This document shows, one piece after another, positions 57,811 through 64,000 of a stretch of 64,000 bases of DNA (positions within the stretch are counted from its first letter, which is position 1; each line of letters starts with the position of its first letter). The position numbers and the translations under genes are program-made. The stretch covers positions 160,001-224,000 of the forward strand of contig JBBQUR010000002.1 of assembly GCA_038212275.1 (NCBI GenBank), in the 5' to 3' direction. The notes below the pieces were generated by a model. That model worked only from the letters and a program-made list of their open reading frames with translations. It searched no databases and was not told where the DNA came from. The DNA comes from Planctomycetota bacterium. GTDB lineage: Bacteria; Planctomycetota; B15-G4.

Positions 57811-59637
57811 ATGGCCCACTCACGCCTGTCCCTCGCGGTGCTGTTGCTGCTCGCGGCCTCGCCGGCCGCGCAGCAGGCTCAGCTGCGGCTCGATGCGGCC
57901 GATCACGCGGAGAGCGCGCGAGTGCGTGCGCTCGTCGGAGACCTTGGAGGCCCGGAACTTCCGCCCGTCCTCGCCAACAGTCCGCGCGACCGGCTGGAGT
58001 TTGCGGACCGCATCCCCGTGTCGCCCGTGCAAGCGGCGCAGTACGCAGCCGGCGCGCCGCCGGCCTATCTGCAGGGCATCGTGCCCGCTGGCCCCGGCGG
58101 CACCGGCACCGACAAGCAGGAACTCTTCTGGTACCAGGTGCCGGGGAACTACGACCCCGACGGGCCGCACGTCCCGCTCGTCATCGCCTACCACGGTTAC
58201 GGCAACTCCGCCAACAGCGTCGCGGTGCAGAGCACCATCGACGAGGAGTGCAACCTTCGCGGCTGGCTCTACGTGGCGCCGACCGGCATCGACGACAAGC
58301 TCTTCGGCGCGCCGATCAGCCAGATGAACACGGCCGCCGCGGTGCAGTGGATGATCGACCACTTCCACGTGGACGCCGAGCGCATCTACATGGTCGGCTT
58401 CTCGCTGGGTGGCGGCATCAGCGCAAACTTCGTGGCGCGCCACCGCGATCCGGACGGGATCATGATCGCCGCGCTGGGCATCGTCGCAGGCAGCTACGAC
58501 TGGACCGCCTCCTACACGCTGGGCGCGCCCTCGCTGAAGGTGTGGCTCGAGAACTCCTACAACTTCAATGCGCCGCCGACGCTCGCCGCCTTCGCCTACC
58601 AGCGCAGCAGCGCGCTGCACTTCACGCCGGGCACCTATCCCGCACTGCCCGGCGCGCTGGACAGCACGCTCTCCATGGCCTCCAACCTGGGCACGACACC
58701 GACCTACGTCACCTGGGACCTGGCCGACACGCTGGCCGAGGTGCTCGCGCAGCAGCCGGAGTTCGTGGGCCTGATGTCGTCGCTGGGCGGCGTGGTCGAG
58801 AGCCACCCGATCACCGGCACGCCGGTCACGCACAGCTGGGCCGTGCTGGACGAGCCCGCGCTGTTCGACTTCTTCGAGCAGCACGCGGTGGTGCGCACGC
58901 CCGCCACGTTTCACGCGCTGGCCGACGGCGACGTGGCCGTGAGCTGGGCCGGTCTGCAGCAGTCCGCCCCGCAGGCCTTCAGCCGCGTGGACGGCGATGC
59001 GACGACGGCGCCCGCGACGCTCTGCGCCACCGGCCTCGACAACCTCGCGCAGCTCACGCTGCACGCCGACCGCGCGGGACTCTCCGGTCCGGGCCCCGTG
59101 CGCGTGCTGGCCGCCTCGGTCTGCGCGACTCCCACCCTGCTGCGCTTCGACGGTCTCGGCGCGCCGCCCGCGTGGTTTGCGGACCCGACCTCGGGCGCGC
59201 TGCTGCCCGGCGACTCATCGGAGCCGGCGACCAACGCGCTGCTGTTCCCGCTGCCCGCACTCGCTTCGTGGAGCGCCGACCTCATCACGCACCCGCTCTG
59301 GACCACGAAGCTCACGACCTCGCCCTCGCCGGCCTTGCCCGGCGGAGCACTGGCCGTGAACCTCGATGCGCCTGCCGGCGCGACGCAGGCCTTCCTGCTC
59401 GTCGCCCTCGACGAGGCGCTGGCGGTGGTGAAGGGCACGCCGCTGACCGCGTCGCTCGCGCCGCCGCTGCTCCTGGTGTCCCTGCCCCTCGACGCCGCAG
59501 GCAACGTGCAGGTCGCCGGCGCGCTGCCGAATGACCCGGCGCTTTCCGGCCTGGACCTGTGCTTTCAGTCCGTCGCCTTCAGCGGCGGCCGCGCCATCGC
59601 GTCGGTCAGCAACCTCTGGCGGACGACGATCCAGTAG
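57811..59637 (+). CDS. Secreted alpha/beta-hydrolase (esterase/depolymerase-like) with the shared C-terminal domain
   Basis: Signal peptide, PLVIAYHGYG, VDAERIYMVGFSLGGG, THSW. AAGGA RBS. Confidence 0.8.
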   Translation: MAHSRLSLAVLLLLAASPAAQQAQLRLDAADHAESARVRALVGDLGGPELPPVLANSPRDRLEFADRIPVSPVQAAQYAAGAPPAYLQGIVPAGPGGTGTDKQELFWYQVPGNYDPDGPHVPLVIAYHGYGNSANSVAVQSTIDEECNLRGWLYVAPTGIDDKLFGAPISQMNTAAAVQWMIDHFHVDAERIYMVGFSLGGGISANFVARHRDPDGIMIAALGIVAGSYDWTASYTLGAPSLKVWLENSYNFNAPPTLAAFAYQRSSALHFTPGTYPALPGALDSTLSMASNLGTTPTYVTWDLADTLAEVLAQQPEFVGLMSSLGGVVESHPITGTPVTHSWAVLDEPALFDFFEQHAVVRTPATFHALADGDVAVSWAGLQQSAPQAFSRVDGDATTAPATLCATGLDNLAQLTLHADRAGLSGPGPVRVLAASVCATPTLLRFDGLGAPPAWFADPTSGALLPGDSSEPATNALLFPLPALASWSADLITHPLWTTKLTTSPSPALPGGALAVNLDAPAGATQAFLLVALDEALAVVKGTPLTASLAPPLLLVSLPLDAAGNVQVAGALPNDPALSGLDLCFQSVAFSGGRAIASVSNLWRTTIQ

Positions 59638-59647
59638 GGCGCGCAGG

Positions 59648-62257
59648 TCATCCCGCTCCGCCCAGGAGGGCAGACACGATGACGATGACGATGGCGATGC
59701 CGAGTCCCAGCGCGAGGAAGCCGAACACGCGGAAGGCGCGCTCCAGCTCCGGCGGGAACGGGCCAGTGAGGTGTTTCTGAAGCTCGCCTGAAGCCAGCAG
59801 CCGCTCGTACTCCAGCGGCTTGTCGTGGCGCAGCTCTTCCAGCGGCATGCGGCCCGTGAACATGACCATGTCCATCGGCCACTTGTCAGGGCGCAGATGC
59901 GAGTTGAAGAAGTGGATCGTGAAGATGAACACCACGGCAAGCAACGCTTCGTCGCTGTGCACGATGGTCGCGACGTTGAGGAACCAGCCTGGCACGACGT
60001 GCGTGGCCGCTTCGGGGAACCAGAGCATCAGTCCGGTGAGGCCGATGACCGCGACGCCCCAGAACACCGCGAAGTAGTCGAACTTCTCCCAGTAGGTGTA
60101 GCGCTCGAAGCGCGGCCTGGGACCGCGGCCGACGAACCAGCGCAGCATGCCGCGCAGGTCGTTCCAGTCGCGGCGCCCGAACATGAGCGTGTCGGGAGCC
60201 GTCAGCATCGCCAGCCAGCTCCGCTTCCAGCTGCGCCGCTTGCTGATCAGGTCGAGCAGGTGCACGCAGAAGATGGAGATGAGCGCCAGGGCGCCGATGC
60301 GGTGCAGCACGCGCATGGCATCGGGGCCGCCGAGCACGGGCGCGATGGCACCGGCCCAGCGCGCGGCCGAGAACTTCAGCGCCATGCCCGTGACGGCAAG
60401 GTCGAAGAAGGCCAGCATCATCACCATGTGCTGGATGCGCTGCTGGCGCGAGAAGCGCCTGAAGAACCAGCCCTCGCGCGTGGAGCGCATCGCCGCCTTG
60501 CCGGCCTGCCATTCCTTGCGCGTGCGCAGCAGCTTCACCAGCCATGCGGCGCTGTGTGCCAGCGCCACCACGAGCGTGCCGACGAGCAGCAGCGTCATGG
60601 CCCAGAAGGTCCAGAACAGCCACGGGTAGTGCTCCCGGTCATGCGGCGTAGCGTGCGTGAGGTAGCCGGTGAAGGCGACATGCGCGCCCTCGTGGCACTG
60701 GCTGCACGTGTTCACGATGTGACTGCTGCCCAGCGTCGAGGCCGGGTTGGAGGGCGGAAGGATCGCGTGCGTACCGTGGCAGTCGTAGCACTTGGCGGCC
60801 ACCGAGGAGCCGAGCAGCGTGGCCTTGCCGTGCAGCGTCTCGAGGAAGGTCTCGGCTTGCTCGGCATGGCAGTTGCCGCAGCTCTCCGTGACAGCCATCC
60901 GGAAGTTCGTCCCGTCGGTGCGGCCGATGGTGTGCGCCGTGTGGCAGTCGTTGCACGTGGGCAGCCTGCTGTCCGTCTCGGTGTTGCCCCGCCAGTGCAC
61001 GCCCGCGTGATATTGCTCCTCGATGCCCTGGTGGCACGCGCCGCACGTGGCCGCCACGTGATCGGGGGCAATGGACGAGCGCGGGTCCGAAGGCGCCTGC
61101 ATGGAGTGCGCGGTGTGGCAGCTCACGCACGTGGCGGCGACCACGAGGCCGGAGTCCATGAGGGCCTTGCCGTGAATGCTCTCCGTGTAACCACCGACGA
61201 TGTCGGCCGGAGCACGCCCGGTGCCCGCCTCGGCCTCGAGGCGCCGCGAGGCCTTCTCGCCCTCGCGATGGCACGTCGCGCAGAGTGCGGGAATGCGGCG
61301 CACGAACAGTGGCGAGTCGGGCTGCGTGTGCGGCGCCGCCGCGTGAACGTCGTGGCAGTCGAGGCAGCGCGGCGCATCGCTCACGCCCTGCGCGGAGAGC
61401 ACTCCATGGATGCTGGCCGCGTACTCATCGACGACGGCTGCATGGCACACGGCACAATTCACCTCATGAGTGGCCGTCTCGCAGGGCCGAGTCGGAGAGG
61501 CCCGCACGTCGGCGTGGCACTCCGCGCAGGCGATGCCCGCGTGCATGCTGCCGGCATAGGCCTCCGCCGCCACGTGAAGGCCCGGCCGCGCCGGGCCGTC
61601 GCCGGCGTCCAGATCGGTGCGCGCGTGGCACTCCATGCAATCGGCGTTCGCAAGGCCGCCGGGTTGCGCCGGCCGCGCGTCGTGCGACGCGTGGCAGTCC
61701 GCGCACGAGGGAATGACGCGTGGCGTCTGCTCCCAGAGCTCCGGGGCCATGACCTGCGCGTGCACCTCCGGCAGGCGCGTGTGGCAGGCGCCGCAGGTTT
61801 CCGCGACGCGCTCGCGGCTGGTGCTCGACTGTGGCTCGTCGGACGGCTGCACATCGTGGCCGGTGTGGCACGACGCGCAGGTCGCGGCGTCGATGAGTCC
61901 CTTGGCCGCCCTGCCCGGTCCGTGGATGCGGTCACTGGACGCGAAGGGGGTTGCCTCGTCCTCGTGGCACGTGGCGCACCGCACCGGCGCCACCTCGGCC
62001 GCGTGCAGTCCGTCCGTGCCCGCGAGGTCTGCGTGGCAGAGCACGCAGTCCATCGGCCCGTGGACGGAGGCCTCCAGTTGCGAGGCATCCACGAAGACCG
62101 ACATCGGGCGGCCGTTGCGGCTGCCCATGAGCTCGGGGTCCTCGTGGCAGCCAAGGCAGTCCGCGTTTTCCTGCGCCGCGACGGGCAGCGCCGCCAGGAG
62201 CACGACTCCCAGCGCGCGGAGGAGGGCACGAAGGTTGAACCGCTCCGTGGTGAACAT
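59648..62257 (-). CDS. Multiheme c-type cytochrome (17 CxxCH) fused to a cytochrome b-type membrane domain (CbcL-like)
   Basis: 17 CxxCH counted. Membrane part has RIQH, LHR, YWEKFDYFAVFWG, HSDEALLA, IHFFNSH. Confidence 0.9.
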   Translation of the reverse strand: MFTTERFNLRALLRALGVVLLAALPVAAQENADCLGCHEDPELMGSRNGRPMSVFVDASQLEASVHGPMDCVLCHADLAGTDGLHAAEVAPVRCATCHEDEATPFASSDRIHGPGRAAKGLIDAATCASCHTGHDVQPSDEPQSSTSRERVAETCGACHTRLPEVHAQVMAPELWEQTPRVIPSCADCHASHDARPAQPGGLANADCMECHARTDLDAGDGPARPGLHVAAEAYAGSMHAGIACAECHADVRASPTRPCETATHEVNCAVCHAAVVDEYAASIHGVLSAQGVSDAPRCLDCHDVHAAAPHTQPDSPLFVRRIPALCATCHREGEKASRRLEAEAGTGRAPADIVGGYTESIHGKALMDSGLVVAATCVSCHTAHSMQAPSDPRSSIAPDHVAATCGACHQGIEEQYHAGVHWRGNTETDSRLPTCNDCHTAHTIGRTDGTNFRMAVTESCGNCHAEQAETFLETLHGKATLLGSSVAAKCYDCHGTHAILPPSNPASTLGSSHIVNTCSQCHEGAHVAFTGYLTHATPHDREHYPWLFWTFWAMTLLLVGTLVVALAHSAAWLVKLLRTRKEWQAGKAAMRSTREGWFFRRFSRQQRIQHMVMMLAFFDLAVTGMALKFSAARWAGAIAPVLGGPDAMRVLHRIGALALISIFCVHLLDLISKRRSWKRSWLAMLTAPDTLMFGRRDWNDLRGMLRWFVGRGPRPRFERYTYWEKFDYFAVFWGVAVIGLTGLMLWFPEAATHVVPGWFLNVATIVHSDEALLAVVFIFTIHFFNSHLRPDKWPMDMVMFTGRMPLEELRHDKPLEYERLLASGELQKHLTGPFPPELERAFRVFGFLALGLGIAIVIVIVSALLGGAG

Positions 62258-62399
62258 GCCCCGCCCTCGCGCCGGTCAGCGTGCCTGCCGCACGAAGCGG
62301 CAGGCGCGCAGGAACCAGGCCGCAGCCGCCCCCGCCGAGAGGCCTTCCGCGCGCGGCCACACGGCCGCCGCGGGCACGACACCGGAGTCGCTCACGCCG

Positions 62400-63125
62400 T
62401 CACGGCTTGTCGCAGCTACCGTCGGCTGCGCCGTGCGCGCAGGCGCATTCGGTGCACGCGCAGGTCGCCGCCAGTGCGGCCTTGCGTTCGTCGGAAAGCT
62501 CACGGCGCGGATCGAGATGCCGGATCTTCGGTTCGTACTCGCGGAAGCAGAACTTCTTGAAGGTCGGGCTTTCCTTGTTGTGGCAGCCGACGCAGGTGGC
62601 CGCGCTCGGGGTGAAGACGATCTCGCCCTCGGGCACGACGACCTTCTCGCCATCCTTCGCCTTGGCGGCGGCGGCGAAGCGCGCCTTCATGTGCGCCTCA
62701 CCCGGACCATGGCACGACTCGCATTGCACGCCCATGTCGGCCTTGAAGCCCGAGGCGAGTTCTTCGGCCGGAACGCCGAAGGCCGTCACGTGGCACTTGA
62801 GGCACGCATCGGCCTTCTGCGGGTCTTCGATGCCGAGCTTGCTGGCGGCTTCCTTTGCCTCGGGCGACGCGAGGCGCGCGAAGGCCTTGCTGTGATCCGT
62901 GCCTTCCCACTGGGCGAACTGGTCGCCGCCCGCCTCGGACTTGTGGCAGTTCTTGCACTTGGCGGCGCCGATGTACTTGTTGGCACCCGCCGCGCTGGCG
63001 CCAGGAACGGCCGCGCGCACCGGCACGGGATCCAGGGATCCGGCAGCAACGAGACCGAGGGCACACGCGGCGACGACGAGTCCGCTCCAGAGGCTTGAAG
63101 ACAAACCGAGGCACTTCACGCGCAT
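62400..63125 (-). CDS. Tetraheme cytochrome c (c554-like)
   Basis: YIGAAKCKNCH, CLKCHVT, GVQCESCHGPG, CVGCH. AGGAGG RBS. Signal peptide. Confidence 0.9.
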   Translation of the reverse strand: MRVKCLGLSSSLWSGLVVAACALGLVAAGSLDPVPVRAAVPGASAAGANKYIGAAKCKNCHKSEAGGDQFAQWEGTDHSKAFARLASPEAKEAASKLGIEDPQKADACLKCHVTAFGVPAEELASGFKADMGVQCESCHGPGEAHMKARFAAAAKAKDGEKVVVPEGEIVFTPSAATCVGCHNKESPTFKKFCFREYEPKIRHLDPRRELSDERKAALAATCACTECACAHGAADGSCDKP

Positions 63126-63204
63126 CTCCTCCTGAACAGGGCCATTCGATTCCCGGCGCAGTCTGTCCCGAAGGTGGGCGCAGCCGCGCAGGGAGAAATA
63201 TTCC

Positions 63205-63220
63205 GCAACCCTCGTGCCAA
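63205..63220 (-). promoter_or_regulatory. Sigma54 (-24/-12) promoter of the cytochrome operon
   Basis: TTGGCACG-AGGG-TTGC matches TGGCACG-N4-TTGC exactly, about 80 nt upstream of start 63125. Confidence 0.8.
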
Positions 63221-63238
63221 CTGCGGAGACCGCGAGCT

Positions 63239-64000
63239 TCAGTCCGGCGGAAGCGATTCGCCAGCCGACGCGACGCCTGTGTCGGGCCACGCCGGGAAAT
63301 ATCCCGCGGCTGCCGCTGCATTCTCATTGCCGCGGAGCGCCGCGCGGACGGCGGCCGCCCAATCGTCGTCCGCTTCGGCGGCCAGATCGGCGCCAAGCCG
63401 CCGGAGCTGCGGGGGCGTGCCGAACTGCGCGACCGTTGCCGCGGCCCGGCGCCGCAGGTCGGGCGGGATCTCGCGAGCGCTCACGCACTCCGCAAGCAGC
63501 GCCACGGCGGCCGGCTCCCGTGCGCCACGTGTCGCGAGGTCACTCAGCGCAAACTCGGGCAGCGACGCGTGTCCGGTGACGCGCGCATCCGGATCCGGCG
63601 GCAGGCGCAAGGCATGTGCAAACCAGGTCCCCGCCTCGGGCGAGCCGGTGTCCCGGAGCGCACGCAGCAACGCGACGCGCTCGGCGTCGGCATGACCGGG
63701 TGCGAAGACCGACGGAGCCAGCTCGGCAAGTCCGCCCCCAGGCTGTCCGGCGATGACGACGAAGTGCTGATAGAGCGCGCGCTCGCTCCCCGGCCGGGGC
63801 TGCCTCGGGAACTCGGCCTGATCGGAATCCGCAGGCCCGCTCGCCGCCGCGGGCCACGGCGCCTCGGCGTTCGGCTCGAGCGCAACGGCCTGCAGCGCCT
63901 CCGCGGCGACGGAGCCTGCACGGCGGTTCGCCATCGACGCCGCATCCGGCACATCCGGCACATCTGATGAAGGCATCGCGGCGCTCGAGACCGCCTGGCC
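63239..64000 (-). CDS. Hypothetical protein, 5'-partial, helical (HEAT-like)
   Basis: Frame is open to the window edge. Ala/Leu/Arg-rich helices, no diagnostic motif. Confidence 0.55.
   Translation of the reverse strand, partial: GQAVSSAAMPSSDVPDVPDAASMANRRAGSVAAEALQAVALEPNAEAPWPAAASGPADSDQAEFPRQPRPGSERALYQHFVVIAGQPGGGLAELAPSVFAPGHADAERVALLRALRDTGSPEAGTWFAHALRLPPDPDARVTGHASLPEFALSDLATRGAREPAAVALLAECVSAREIPPDLRRRAAATVAQFGTPPQLRRLGADLAAEADDDWAAAVRAALRGNENAAAAAGYFPAWPDTGVASAGESLPPD

Overview
Very GC-rich bacterial chromosomal window. The protein inventory (FG-GAP and PD40 secreted proteins, sulfatases, a Ser/Thr kinase with an FGE-like tail) suggests Planctomycetota, but this is inference only. 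It holds about 35 intact genes. Housekeeping genes: split transketolase, RlmL-like methyltransferase, DEAD/DEAH helicase, nifJ plus a DHOD-like gene, tsaD, carA. Also present: a seven-gene cfa/DUF1365/FAD-oxidoreductase/desaturase lipid-modification operon resembling the furan fatty acid pathway, exported KatG, a ferritin/Dps-like gene, and a sigma54-preceded tetraheme plus 17-heme CbcL-like cytochrome pair. Main unexplained structures: (1) a decayed island at about 19.6-28.9 kb with three co-oriented IS91/ISCR-type oriIS ends, each abutting a truncated host gene fragment (polA tail, membrane protein, TPR protein), plus a stray copy of the 3' end of a gene 13 kb away; (2) a shared, unnamed 110-130 aa C-terminal domain on four unrelated secreted proteins; (3) an exported M42 peptidase paired with an apparently dead paralog; (4) a structured, terminator-ended intergenic segment that may be an sRNA. 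No rRNA, tRNA or CRISPR array was recognised. All calls are by eye and no database searches were run.
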